Positions 36,938 to 47,207 are shown, counted from the first letter of the stretch. The stretch: DNA of 52,942 nt from a virus (IMGVR_UViG_3300033141_002397:1-52942); one strand, 5' to 3'. A program made the numbers and translations. Notes: generated by a model from the sequence alone, not told the origin.

Positions 36938-38143
36938 ATGTCATGGTTAGGTAAATTACATAAAGTTGTTTTTGATTTAGGGGCGATAACAGGATTTTCT
37001 GCTGTATCAAAAAAATCAATAAAGAATACATTAATCGCTAAAGGGGTAACACCAGCTCAATTAGAAGATATGTATATCCAAAATCAAATAGTTAGAGGTA
37101 TGGTTGATGTTTATCGAGATTTGATTGGTTCATCTGAAATTTCATTTGTTGGAACGCCTAAATCAGTTGCGTGGGCTAATGCATTTAGACAAACAGCGGA
37201 TTTAGATTTTATTTATGATCAATTATTAAGAGACTTTTTAATTTTTGGCAGAAGTGCTTTTGAATTACTTTATGATAATCGTACTGGTAAAAAATTAGCT
37301 GGGGCAGAACATTTATCAGTTCAAACTTGGGATTATATTAAAGAAGGAAGTACTTACGGTGCTGGACGAATATTATTAGATGAATTTAATAAACCAAAAG
37401 GGATATATCAGCGCATAACTACTGGAGGATATGCAAATAAAGTAGTAACTTGGAATTTAGATGAAATATTTCTTGGGATTTATAATCCAATACGTAACGG
37501 ATTATATGGTTTAGGTTTAGTAGAAACATCTTATTATGACGCATTATATTTACAAAGATTAAAATCTGATTTCGCAGATTCAAGCAAAAGATCATTATTC
37601 ACTAAATTTTTAGTTAAGGTCGGTGATGCATTACATAATCCAACTAAAGACCAAGTTGAAACTTTAATTAAACAAATAGGCGATGTTAATGGTAATTCAA
37701 CTATTGGAGTTCCTTATTATGTTAACGTCGATATGTTAGAAAATAAATATCCTGAAAAACAAGTTGAAGTCTTGCGATTCTTCTTAAAGAACATAATGGC
37801 AGGTTCTGGCGTATCAGATCCTTTAGTATTTGGTGGTGAAGCAATTAATAGATCTACATTAAACATACAAATACGTATTATGATCGCACGCGCTACGCGA
37901 ATGAGACAATTATTAGATAGAGAAATTCAAAGACAGTTACTATGGCCTGCTGCCGATCAATGGGGTGTCGATAGACCTTTCATTAATAGATCGCCAATTG
38001 AATTACAAGACATGAACGATTTCGCATTAAGAATGAAAAGATACAATGATTCAAATCTATTTGAATTATTATCTGAAGAACAGAAAAAGGAATTATTGAG
38101 AATTATATTCGAGATGGAAAACCTTAAGGGTTTAATTATTTAA
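36938..38143 (+). CDS. Portal protein
   Basis: Follows TerL; ~400 aa; IFGRSAFEL and LYGLG motifs. Confidence 0.85.
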   Translation: MSWLGKLHKVVFDLGAITGFSAVSKKSIKNTLIAKGVTPAQLEDMYIQNQIVRGMVDVYRDLIGSSEISFVGTPKSVAWANAFRQTADLDFIYDQLLRDFLIFGRSAFELLYDNRTGKKLAGAEHLSVQTWDYIKEGSTYGAGRILLDEFNKPKGIYQRITTGGYANKVVTWNLDEIFLGIYNPIRNGLYGLGLVETSYYDALYLQRLKSDFADSSKRSLFTKFLVKVGDALHNPTKDQVETLIKQIGDVNGNSTIGVPYYVNVDMLENKYPEKQVEVLRFFLKNIMAGSGVSDPLVFGGEAINRSTLNIQIRIMIARATRMRQLLDREIQRQLLWPAADQWGVDRPFINRSPIELQDMNDFALRMKRYNDSNLFELLSEEQKKELLRIIFEMENLKGLII

Positions 38144-38160
38144 AGTATTGAGGTGATTTT

Positions 38161-39570
38161 ATTATCCTCAATAAATCTTTTGATGCAAATTTATCTTCTT
38201 TTGAGGATAAAATTAAACTTTTTAGATTTTTTTATCCTCTCGTGCCTTTAGAAGGCAAAAATCAAAATGAATATTATACTATACCCGTACTATTTAGAAC
38301 CTTAAAAACTATAGGTAAATGTAATTTAAAAAAGAATGGTGTATATGTTGAACTAAAACCCATTGGCACTGAATATCAAATCCACAAAAAGAAAAATAAA
38401 ATATTAATTTATGATCAACTTGGTAACGAAATAAAGAATAAGAAACTTGAAAAGCAATTATTAACCTACAAAGATAATTTCATCATAATCGGTAATTTAT
38501 CTTTAAATAATATATTTACTGTAACCGATTGCGTTTATTATAATAAAGACATTCATAATCTAAAATACTTTGAACGCAGAAAAATATATCAAAAGCTCTT
38601 TAAAGACCACAAAACAATTAAATGTATAGAATCAATATATAATTACCCTAACCAGGACATTAAGCAAACAATAGATATATTTCATAATAAACTCAAAAAC
38701 TGTACACTCATAATAAAAATGGGCAATATGCTTTATAATTTAAATTCAACAACAAATCAAATGTTTATTTATAAGCCTGAATATGCACTAAGTTTCAAAA
38801 TATTAAATAAAGAACTATTCAATAAACCAAACGAGTTTATTTACAGTATAGCTATTAACAATATATATTGCGGTAAAACCAATCCTACAACTTTAAATTT
38901 AACAATTAATACTTATGCAACAATATCATTTTCAAATTTAGAACGATATTATGATCCAATTAAACGCAAAGACTGGTTCACACTACGTAACGCAAAGGTA
39001 TTATCGAAAAGTAAATCAGAATCATTAAAAGATCAATTGTATGAGATTATAACCACACACAATCTTAACCCTATCCAAAAAATTATGGATAAAGATATTA
39101 TTGATACTTGTAATTTTAATAAACAGTTTGCGAAATCTCAACAAAAAATAATAAATACTATATTTGATTTAAATAAATCAGATCATAACTTTAATTTACA
39201 ATTTAAACCACTAAATTCTTATGAAAAACCAATACAACTTAAATTCAAAAAGAAACCGCCACTATTAAATAAAAAAGATTCTGGCATTGCACATATACTC
39301 GAAAAAACACATAATAAACTAAAAATAATGTTTAAAGGAAAAAAACTTCGTGGATTACTTGAATTTAAAATTAATGGCAATTCAAACACAATTACTTCAG
39401 TTTCTTTATTACCGTTGCCACGCCCCAATCAAACCCAGCTTACCGAACGCCAGTTAGAAATGATATTTGACCTATCTTGTGATGGCAAAAATAGACCATA
39501 CATTGCACGAAAAGTAGGTGTATGTAGCACGACAGTATACTTATACCAGAAATACTATTATTTTGTATAA
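38161..39570 (+). CDS. Degenerate ATP-dependent DNA-ligase-fold protein with C-terminal HTH (start ATT 38161 or GTG 38242)
   Basis: VELKPIG..YQIHK, IIGN, VTDCVY..KD....YFERR, LIIK...Y, FIYK follow ligase motif order; C-terminal LTERQ..IARKVGVCSTTV. Confidence 0.6.
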   Translation: MILNKSFDANLSSFEDKIKLFRFFYPLVPLEGKNQNEYYTIPVLFRTLKTIGKCNLKKNGVYVELKPIGTEYQIHKKKNKILIYDQLGNEIKNKKLEKQLLTYKDNFIIIGNLSLNNIFTVTDCVYYNKDIHNLKYFERRKIYQKLFKDHKTIKCIESIYNYPNQDIKQTIDIFHNKLKNCTLIIKMGNMLYNLNSTTNQMFIYKPEYALSFKILNKELFNKPNEFIYSIAINNIYCGKTNPTTLNLTINTYATISFSNLERYYDPIKRKDWFTLRNAKVLSKSKSESLKDQLYEIITTHNLNPIQKIMDKDIIDTCNFNKQFAKSQQKIINTIFDLNKSDHNFNLQFKPLNSYEKPIQLKFKKKPPLLNKKDSGIAHILEKTHNKLKIMFKGKKLRGLLEFKINGNSNTITSVSLLPLPRPNQTQLTERQLEMIFDLSCDGKNRPYIARKVGVCSTTVYLYQKYYYFV

Positions 39571-39645
39571 TTGATGTAGCCCATTTATAAATACATTTAA
39601 TTTTTTCAAAAAATTATTTAAATAGATTCTTCTATTTTTTAATTT

Positions 39646-40977
39646 ATGAATTCTCAAGATAAGAATGTAACTATTAATAATCCTACCACTTACATTATAC
39701 AAGACGGAGATGAATCTTATGACATTAATAACTTAAAATTACCAGTTATTTTTAAAAATAAGATTTTATTTACGTCTGGGCGATTTCATGGTTGGAATTA
39801 TTCACGAGAATCAATTCTGGATGCTATTGAATCTACAGATTGGAATGATGGCAAAAGTAATGAACTTATTATGGATCATTTAAATGGCATGGCATCAGGG
39901 TTTGTAGGTCATGTTAAAAATCAACACTGGGACGGCCAATATTTACGCGGCGATCTTTATGTATATGATAAAGACAAAGCCATTAAAATGTTAGTTGCTA
40001 AATGGGGTATATCGCCACGAACTGATGGTTGGGCACGTGGCAATGATATGATAAAATTTAAATTTGATAATTTTTCAGTAGTTTCTTCACCAGAATGCAA
40101 AGCCACATGGTTGCATAGTTCACATCAAAATATTGTAATTGGCGATATTGCACATGTTATCAATGAAATGGTTTTTGAAGAAAAAGAAAAAGAATTTTGG
40201 GCACGAATCAAAGATTCTAATTTATTTGACCCAAAAACATTTCGTAGAAAAAATATCGGTGGGGGTGTAACATTAATACTTGCTAAACTTAAAGGCAAGG
40301 CAAATAAAGACGATCCAATGGTCGTTCAGTCTGTGCGTTTAGCTAAAAGCAAGTTTAATGAATCAGAAGCAAAAAACTGGGTTGAAAAACATAGAGATGA
40401 CTTAAAAAATAAAAAACAAGGTAATGAAATGTCAGAAGAAAATCAAAACCCAGAAAATTTACCAACTGAACAGATTCCTTCAGTTGAAAATAATAATGTA
40501 GAAAAACCATCTACACAAAACGGGCCGGTAGAACCACCTAAAATTCCGGAACCGCCAATAAATAATAAACCCGCTGAGGTGAACACTTTGTCTAAAGAGC
40601 AAAGTATAGAAGAATTACAAGAACTATTATTAAAAACCGCAAACAAAATCAAAGCCAAAAAAGATGCCGAAGCGAATAAATTTCCTGAAGTTAATGCATT
40701 AAAAGAAAAAAATAGCGAATTAGAAAAGCAATTAAAAGAAATGAAAGAATCTTTTGAAAATCAACAGAAACAATTAAAAGAATTTCAAGAAAAAATTACT
40801 AAAGAATTAATGAAACCAGGCGCAGGGAACTCAAAACCACAAGCTAATATGACTGATGAAGAACAGAGAAAAGCTAAACAAGATTTTATTAATCGTCTTG
40901 TTAAAGATAAAGATGTAGATAAGGATTTTGTTAAATATCTAAAAAACCAGCAACCTAAAAGCGGTTTTAATTTATAA
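39646..40977 (+). CDS. Prohead protease fused to scaffold
   Basis: MDH..FVG, GISP, FSVVSSP protease motifs; Pro-rich linker; C-terminal coiled coil. Confidence 0.8.
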   Translation: MNSQDKNVTINNPTTYIIQDGDESYDINNLKLPVIFKNKILFTSGRFHGWNYSRESILDAIESTDWNDGKSNELIMDHLNGMASGFVGHVKNQHWDGQYLRGDLYVYDKDKAIKMLVAKWGISPRTDGWARGNDMIKFKFDNFSVVSSPECKATWLHSSHQNIVIGDIAHVINEMVFEEKEKEFWARIKDSNLFDPKTFRRKNIGGGVTLILAKLKGKANKDDPMVVQSVRLAKSKFNESEAKNWVEKHRDDLKNKKQGNEMSEENQNPENLPTEQIPSVENNNVEKPSTQNGPVEPPKIPEPPINNKPAEVNTLSKEQSIEELQELLLKTANKIKAKKDAEANKFPEVNALKEKNSELEKQLKEMKESFENQQKQLKEFQEKITKELMKPGAGNSKPQANMTDEEQRKAKQDFINRLVKDKDVDKDFVKYLKNQQPKSGFNL

Positions 40978-41013
40978 TCGTTTAAAAAAACTAAAAAACT
41001 AAAAGTGATACAA

Positions 41014-42048
41014 ATGGGTATATATAAAGAATATGCGGATATGCTTTTGAGTAATTACCGCAAAAATCTAACAGTCGAGATGGCTGATAAAGACATAAGC
41101 AAAGTAATCAACGAAATGGCAACAGGAACTACTTCCAGCTCAGATTTCGGATCTAATCAGGCTGGCGAAAGATGGTTTGCAGAAGTTCTTTACAGAGCTG
41201 AAGAGCAGATGATGTTTGCACAGTTTGCAATGCGACAAGATGTAGAATCTGGTGAAAAAACTGTTTATTTGCCAATTGAAAATGCAGATCTGTCTTTCAC
41301 AGATACTACAACTGAAGGTTCAGAACGAACTATGACTAAAATTGATAATCTTACAATGGTGCCTTTGTCACCTTCGTTACATAGAGCTGGTGTTGAAATA
41401 TCAAAAACTGCAGTTGCTCAGTCAGCAGTTCCACTTGCTGCAATGGCAAGACGCAAACTCGCGTGGTGGGCTGCACAGATAGTAGATCAAGCAATCGTCA
41501 CAGCTATAGCTGGCGAATCTTCCCCCGCAGCAACACTTTACGGCGGAGATGCAACAGGCACAGATAGTCTCGAAGCTGGAGATATTTTTACTCCTGAACT
41601 TATTGCAGATGCAATTATCGAACTCGAAGAAGAAGGATGGCCTTCACCTGGTCAGAGCCCAGATTATCAATATGTTTTGTTTATTCATCCTAAACAGAAA
41701 AAACCACTTATCAAAGATGGCCAGTTCGTTAACGCAAGCGAATATGGTAACAACGAAGTCGTAATGAACGGTGAAATCGGTAAATATCTCGGTGTTAAAG
41801 TTGTAGTCTCAGTAAATTGTACTGCTGCAGCTGATTGGGGTGCAGGTAACAATCTTAAAGGACACAAATCGTTCCTTTGTATTTCGCCAATCGCATACGG
41901 ACTTGCTTATCACAAAGACATGCTTCCTTCACTGGTTACTCAATACAAGCCCGACGAAGCAACACATAAGATCATGATGGACGTTGGTTACGCCTCCGAT
42001 TCATTACAAGGCCAAGCTATTGTAATAATCAACACCTTGGATGCATAA
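41014..42048 (+). CDS. Major capsid protein (HK97 fold)
   Basis: Position; TEG, VLFIHPKQ, GEIGKYLGVKVV motifs. Confidence 0.9.
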   Translation: MGIYKEYADMLLSNYRKNLTVEMADKDISKVINEMATGTTSSSDFGSNQAGERWFAEVLYRAEEQMMFAQFAMRQDVESGEKTVYLPIENADLSFTDTTTEGSERTMTKIDNLTMVPLSPSLHRAGVEISKTAVAQSAVPLAAMARRKLAWWAAQIVDQAIVTAIAGESSPAATLYGGDATGTDSLEAGDIFTPELIADAIIELEEEGWPSPGQSPDYQYVLFIHPKQKKPLIKDGQFVNASEYGNNEVVMNGEIGKYLGVKVVVSVNCTAAADWGAGNNLKGHKSFLCISPIAYGLAYHKDMLPSLVTQYKPDEATHKIMMDVGYASDSLQGQAIVIINTLDA

Positions 42049-42085
42049 GCATCCAATTTTTTTCAATTAAATTTTGGTGTAAAAA

Positions 42086-42778
42086 ATGGCAACAATTATA
42101 AGAATTAAGAAAAAAGGCGGTAAGTTAGTTGGTGTTGATAGTAACGGTATCGAACACGATTTCCTAATGGAAGGAGAAAGCGATACTTATTATAACGATA
42201 CTAAACTTCAATTTAGGGATTCTGGATTGTATATTAATTCGTCTCAAGATGGCCAATTAGATATAGTTGCAGATACGACTGTTGCAATATCTGGCGCAGT
42301 TACTTTTGATGATACTGTTTCATTAGCCGATGATAAAAAACTTTATTTCGGTGCTGATAGCGATTTTGCGATGGAATATGACGAAGATGGCAATGATTTT
42401 CTGTCTATTACTGGCGCCGATATGTTAATCGAAGGCAATTCTGGCGCACAAAAACTCCAGTTTAGAGATAGTGGGTTATATATCAATTCAAGTGCCGATG
42501 GACAGTTAGACATTGTATCTGATACAACCGTAGCTATTAGTGGCGCTGTAACTATGGATTCAACATTAGGTCTTAGCGGAATATTAACATTAAGTGGCGC
42601 AGATGCAAATAATACAATAACATTTACTGGAACTAATACTGCAGCAACTCCAGCACTGAAATTCCCTGACGATACGTATATCGCAGATGCTGATGGTGCA
42701 TTAGGTGCAGCCGCAGGATTTATCGTTGTAGATATTGGCGGGACTAACTATAAAATACAAACCTATGCAATGTCTTAA
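42086..42778 (+). CDS. Capsid decoration / head fibre with 36-aa internal duplication
   Basis: KLQFRDSGLYINSSxDGQLDIVxDTTVAISGAVTxD at 42203-42310 and 42452-42559. Confidence 0.65.
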   Translation: MATIIRIKKKGGKLVGVDSNGIEHDFLMEGESDTYYNDTKLQFRDSGLYINSSQDGQLDIVADTTVAISGAVTFDDTVSLADDKKLYFGADSDFAMEYDEDGNDFLSITGADMLIEGNSGAQKLQFRDSGLYINSSADGQLDIVSDTTVAISGAVTMDSTLGLSGILTLSGADANNTITFTGTNTAATPALKFPDDTYIADADGALGAAAGFIVVDIGGTNYKIQTYAMS

Positions 42779-42823
42779 TTGCATAACTATTCTTTTTTTT
42801 ATTTTAAATAGGTGTATGATTAT

Positions 42824-42979
42824 ATGGCAGAAAAATGTCCTTATTGTAATAATGAATTTAAACAATTAAATAGACATCTTAAATTTTGTAAAAGTCGAGT
42901 TCAGCAAAATTCTGAACCTGAAAATAATATACATACTGGGGTGACTACATCTAAAGATATATTCAAAATCAGAACATAA
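42824..42979 (+). CDS. 51-aa C2HC zinc-finger microprotein
   Basis: CPYC...RHLKFC; AGGTG SD. Confidence 0.6.
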   Translation: MAEKCPYCNNEFKQLNRHLKFCKSRVQQNSEPENNIHTGVTTSKDIFKIRT

Positions 42980-43047
42980 TCTTAAAACCAAAATGTTTTT
43001 ATATTTTGATTTCCAATATAATATATAACAAAAAATGAGGTTATATC

Positions 43048-43407
43048 ATGAAATTATATGAATTGGTGCAAGCAAAACCGGTATTAGAAAAACTATTTAA
43101 TACCGATTTGGGTGTAAAAACAGGCTGGAAATTACTTAAAAACCTAAAAAAAGTTAATGAATATTATAAACTTTTTGAAATAAATAAACATAAATTAGTT
43201 GTTAAATACGGTAAACCTACCGAAGACAATCCAGATATGATTAAAGTAACTAAAGAAAACCAAAATGCATATTATAAAGACTTCGAAGATCTTTTAAACG
43301 AAGAAATAAATACTGTATTTGGTAAAGTTTCATTAAACGAAATAAACAACGCATCTTTAACAACTTTAGAATTATCTTCAATAGAGTTTTTAATAAAAGA
43401 TAAGTGA
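43048..43407 (+). CDS. DUF1617-like phage protein
   Basis: L.VKTGWKL.KN.K.V....KYG pattern; GAGGT SD. Confidence 0.65.
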   Translation: MKLYELVQAKPVLEKLFNTDLGVKTGWKLLKNLKKVNEYYKLFEINKHKLVVKYGKPTEDNPDMIKVTKENQNAYYKDFEDLLNEEINTVFGKVSLNEINNASLTTLELSSIEFLIKDK

Positions 43408-43412
43408 TTATA

Positions 43413-43580
43413 ATGGCAGTAACAAAAACTTCTTCAACAACAAGTGGATATATAGCATATACGGGCACATTATCAGAAGTAATAAACGCATTAGCTGCTG
43501 ATAAAGTACCTATACGTAACGTAATAATATATTATAACGGCACGAATATAACAGCAGTAGCTCAAAAGGGTGTATTGTAA
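43413..43580 (+). CDS. 55-aa putative virion microprotein (MAVTKTSS...)
   Basis: GTGA SD; not in ORF track. Confidence 0.55.
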   Translation: MAVTKTSSTTSGYIAYTGTLSEVINALAADKVPIRNVIIYYNGTNITAVAQKGVL

Positions 43581-43616
43581 CACCAACATTTTTATTTTAC
43601 AAATGCGGTAATTATT

Positions 43617-43730
43617 ATGGATAATACTGATATAGAACAACTTAAAGAACAAATGAACATCTTTAAAAAGAACTGTAAAGATGTATTCAATTCTTTAAAG
43701 GTTAATTATATCAATATCGATTCTAATTAA
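43617..43730 (+). CDS. 37-aa microprotein
   Basis: ORF after a TATA-like element. Confidence 0.35.
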   Translation: MDNTDIEQLKEQMNIFKKNCKDVFNSLKVNYINIDSN

Positions 43731-43748
43731 TAATTTCCGTGATTATTT

Positions 43749-44066
43749 ATGAACAAAACTGAAAAAGCAATTCAAGAACTTATTAAAGATTTTATCGAAT
43801 TGAACTCTAATTTTAAATATTTAAAAGAGAACTTAAAAGACAAAAACATAGTTACAGAAGAAGAATGCGAATTAAAACTCTTAAAATTGGAGACTAAAAT
43901 AATCGACTTAGAAAAGCGAATAAATAATTTAGAACTATTAAAAACCAAAACCATTAAATTTATAAGGATAATAACCATAATAATATTAAGTATAATATTA
44001 TATAAATTTGGATTAGATATAAAATTTATAATTCAAACTCTATTAAAATATATAGGAGGTATATAG
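43749..44066 (+). CDS. Coiled-coil plus C-terminal TM protein (lysis-associated candidate)
   Basis: Heptad region followed by FIRIITIIILSIILY. Confidence 0.6.
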   Translation: MNKTEKAIQELIKDFIELNSNFKYLKENLKDKNIVTEEECELKLLKLETKIIDLEKRINNLELLKTKTIKFIRIITIIILSIILYKFGLDIKFIIQTLLKYIGGI

Positions 44067-44330
44067 ATGGACTTTATTATGTCACTTTTGGAGAGATCAA
44101 TTGTTAATGCTTTACTTGGTTCAGCGTATTGTATTGCGGGCTTAGTAGAAGCATACCGTAAAGGAGAAACTCCAGATATGGATAAGTTTTTCAGCACGAT
44201 ATTACTTGCAGGTATATCTGGGTTTATAGTTCCTATAGAAAACTTAACAGTTGACCAACAGATAACATGTGTATCTGGTATTACAATGTTAATACACAAA
44301 GGATTAAAAGCTTTAACTTCAAAAAGGTAA
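44067..44330 (+). CDS. Holin-like small membrane protein
   Basis: 87 aa, 2-3 hydrophobic segments, basic C-end; GGAGGT SD. Confidence 0.55.
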   Translation: MDFIMSLLERSIVNALLGSAYCIAGLVEAYRKGETPDMDKFFSTILLAGISGFIVPIENLTVDQQITCVSGITMLIHKGLKALTSKR

Positions 44331-44362
44331 AGTATTTTAATTACTTCTTTTTATTATTAATT

Positions 44363-45022
44363 ATGGCATATATAGACTCAACAATAATTAGGACATTAAC
44401 GGACATAACTTCTGATCAACTGTCTGATACAGATATAACCGCATTAATTGCTGCATTAACACCGCTTTTTAATGATGCGGTATTAACAACAATAGAAGAC
44501 GAGCTTATTGCATATATAGACGACGAACGCGAAAATACAATCGATGGTTCTAACACTACATTTTATGTAAGACGCCCGTGCATTGGCGATCGAGATAACG
44601 ACGGAGATGTAGACACCAGCGATCTATTAGTATACTCATTAGATTCTGACGGCACAAGAACAATCTTAACCGTTTCATCAATAGACGACGATGAATTAGG
44701 TAAATTTACATTAAATAGCGCCCCTACAACAGATGTTACAGTTTATGTTTCTTACCGGTCTTGTCCAGTGCCGTTTGATAACGCCCAGTTCCAGAACTGT
44801 TTCGCTTTGATGGCCATTGCTTACGCGTATTTGAAGATAACGCCGCTCGATGTAAAAAAAGTTGGCGATTTAATGTTAACTAACTCAAGTTTTGAGAAAT
44901 ATAATATGATGTATCAAAACGAATTAGCTAAACTGATAATTAAACCAAAATCCAGATTTGTTCATACTAAATCAGATGCAGATGCTAAATCAAAATGGGA
45001 TGAATATGGTAAACTTAGATAA
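44363..45022 (+). CDS. Head-tail adaptor
   Basis: MAYIDS start, helical ends with a beta insertion; position. Confidence 0.7.
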   Translation: MAYIDSTIIRTLTDITSDQLSDTDITALIAALTPLFNDAVLTTIEDELIAYIDDERENTIDGSNTTFYVRRPCIGDRDNDGDVDTSDLLVYSLDSDGTRTILTVSSIDDDELGKFTLNSAPTTDVTVYVSYRSCPVPFDNAQFQNCFALMAIAYAYLKITPLDVKKVGDLMLTNSSFEKYNMMYQNELAKLIIKPKSRFVHTKSDADAKSKWDEYGKLR

Positions 45023-45356
45023 TTCAATCCAAAGCGGTGGCGATTCGGTAACTATCCACGATATTTCTAAAGTAACTTATAAAAAACGTGGCGATGCAAC
45101 CGAAACTGATACAGATATATCTACCGTAGCAATAATTTTTATTTTGAGTTATAAAGACAAAATGGGTATTGAAGGTATAATTAGAGACGCTGATGCATTA
45201 GGTAGATTCCAAGTAAAAGATGCTACGTATTTAACACAAGATAATTATGTTACCCACAATAATATTAAATATCGTATGACTAATATAATCCCTAAACGCA
45301 CTGTAAATCAATCTATATTATATTATGAAGTGCTTATGAAAAAAGTAGAAGAATAA
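45006..45356 (+). CDS. Head closure (stopper) protein
   Basis: ~115 aa, beta-rich; position. Confidence 0.6.
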   Translation: MVNLDNSIQSGGDSVTIHDISKVTYKKRGDATETDTDISTVAIIFILSYKDKMGIEGIIRDADALGRFQVKDATYLTQDNYVTHNNIKYRMTNIIPKRTVNQSILYYEVLMKKVEE

Positions 45357-45496
45357 GCATTTTTATTTTATTTATAAATACACCTTTTTTTTAAGATAAA
45401 TATTATAAATAGTTTTGATAAGTAATTTATATAATCTATCTATAGAGTAGGCTGAGCCTCGACTAATAGTATGCAGATGGATGGACGTGATTTAAT

Positions 45497-46060
45497 TTGA
45501 GTCTTATAACCGCAGTTTATGGTAGCGCTATTTATGATACTTCTCAATACGGTATTATAATTGTTGATCGCTCAATTGATTTTGATATAGATATTTTTAA
45601 TGCAATTTCAAATCCGTATATATCTGAGATTTTATGGGATAATTTTTTTAATATACTTAAACGAGTTGAAGATACACAAAGCACCGCACGAACTGCACGC
45701 TGGTTATTTGGTGCGTTTCCAGATAGAATCGCTAAAAAGAAAACTGATTATCCTATAATGATTTTGAAACCTATCGATATTACGGAATTACCTTTAACAC
45801 CGCGCTTAACGCGTGTGATTATAAGCGTTAAAATTGAAGTATACGCTACTAAAGCATATGACCTTGATTTATTAACTCAACGTATTTATAATAAATTTGA
45901 TTACTGGAATTCTCGATTGAGAGAACATAATATTCAACCTTTAAGTACGCCGTTCACTATAACGGGCAATTTAGTGCATAGTGGTATAAGATTACATTAT
46001 AGGCGACTTGAATATAGATTTGAGTTCATAAAAAACAGGTCAGAATACGATGGTAGTTAA
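45497..46060 (+). CDS. Tail terminator-like protein
   Basis: FP...YPIMIL..., IEVYATK..DLD.L pattern. Confidence 0.6.
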   Translation: MSLITAVYGSAIYDTSQYGIIIVDRSIDFDIDIFNAISNPYISEILWDNFFNILKRVEDTQSTARTARWLFGAFPDRIAKKKTDYPIMILKPIDITELPLTPRLTRVIISVKIEVYATKAYDLDLLTQRIYNKFDYWNSRLREHNIQPLSTPFTITGNLVHSGIRLHYRRLEYRFEFIKNRSEYDGS

Positions 46061-46580
46061 TATAACTGCAACGTTAAAAGTAAACAAAAATCTTAGATCT
46101 GATAGAAAAGTTAGATCAACGATACATAAACTTATTAACGAATTTGGCGAAGAAGCTGCGGATTTATTAGTTGCTACTCTTACCAGCGCTTTAATTAGTA
46201 ATAGATTAGGTTTTCCAGATATGGTTCGAACTTTAGCGTTATTTGAGTCTATCCATCATGAAAAAATCAAACCTAAAGAATATATAATTTTCGGCAAAAG
46301 CTACGGTAAAATTTTAGATGTTGGTGCTAAACCTTATAAAATTCCAGCTACGCCTGAAAATGCACCTGATTTATTGGCATGGGCTACTGAAAAGTTTAAT
46401 TTAGATCCTCATTCAGCTTATTATGTTTTAAGGAATATTATTATGAAACGCGGCTTACAAGCCCGCGGTTGGATTCATCACGGGATAACTATGTTTTATG
46501 CTGATTTACTTATTTTACAAGATAAGTATATGAAACGAATTAAACGACAATTTAGAGATAAATTATATGAAAAATTATGA
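46050..46580 (+). CDS. Tail completion / HK97-gp10-like neck protein
   Basis: LFESI, YGKILDVGAKP, IIMKRGLQAR. Confidence 0.6.
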   Translation: MVVNITATLKVNKNLRSDRKVRSTIHKLINEFGEEAADLLVATLTSALISNRLGFPDMVRTLALFESIHHEKIKPKEYIIFGKSYGKILDVGAKPYKIPATPENAPDLLAWATEKFNLDPHSAYYVLRNIIMKRGLQARGWIHHGITMFYADLLILQDKYMKRIKRQFRDKLYEKL

Positions 46581-46595
46581 GGATGGTGTATAATA

Positions 46596-47195
46596 ATGGC
46601 AGGAATTACGGATTCATATCCGGATGCATGGAGACAAGAAGTATTAATTTCAATAGGTAAAATGGCTTCTGGCGAGTCATTTCAAGAATTTAGAACCCAA
46701 ACAGAATCGGTTGAGATCTCTTTACCAAATAAAGATGTTGAAGCGATTCCTTGTATTGGCGGGAATAGGTTAGTTAAATATATCCCTGCTGAAATGGCAG
46801 AAATATCTTTTGAGGCTTATTTAGTCTCGACTGAAGAAGATTATATACCTGAATGGTTTGCTGGGACTACAGATTCAAATGGCGATTCTGATGAATATGA
46901 ATTTAAATTTGGTTCTAACCGACATTTGTTTCATATAGTTTTAACATGGACTAATGATTATAATAACACTTCAGCTGCATCTACCGTAGCCGATCATTAT
47001 GCTGCATTTAGATACGAGTTCAAACATGCATATTTAATATCATGTAACGGTAAATGGGAAGATAATATGCTTAAATTCACATTTAAATTTAAAGTAGCGC
47101 CATTTGATAACAATGGTAACTCAAATATTAATACTTCATCAAGTAAAAACGGATTAAGTGCTATATCATTAGATACTACCCCGTATATAACATAA
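46596..47195 (+). CDS. Major tail tube protein
   Basis: Position, ~200 aa beta-rich. Confidence 0.7.
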   Translation: MAGITDSYPDAWRQEVLISIGKMASGESFQEFRTQTESVEISLPNKDVEAIPCIGGNRLVKYIPAEMAEISFEAYLVSTEEDYIPEWFAGTTDSNGDSDEYEFKFGSNRHLFHIVLTWTNDYNNTSAASTVADHYAAFRYEFKHAYLISCNGKWEDNMLKFTFKFKVAPFDNNGNSNINTSSSKNGLSAISLDTTPYIT

Positions 47196-47207
47196 TGGTG
47201 ATTAAAA

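Noticed and set aside
42203-42559. Diversity-generating retroelement TR/VR pair
   Set aside because: The repeat is an in-frame protein duplication with mostly synonymous differences, not adenine-specific; no reverse transcriptase in the genome
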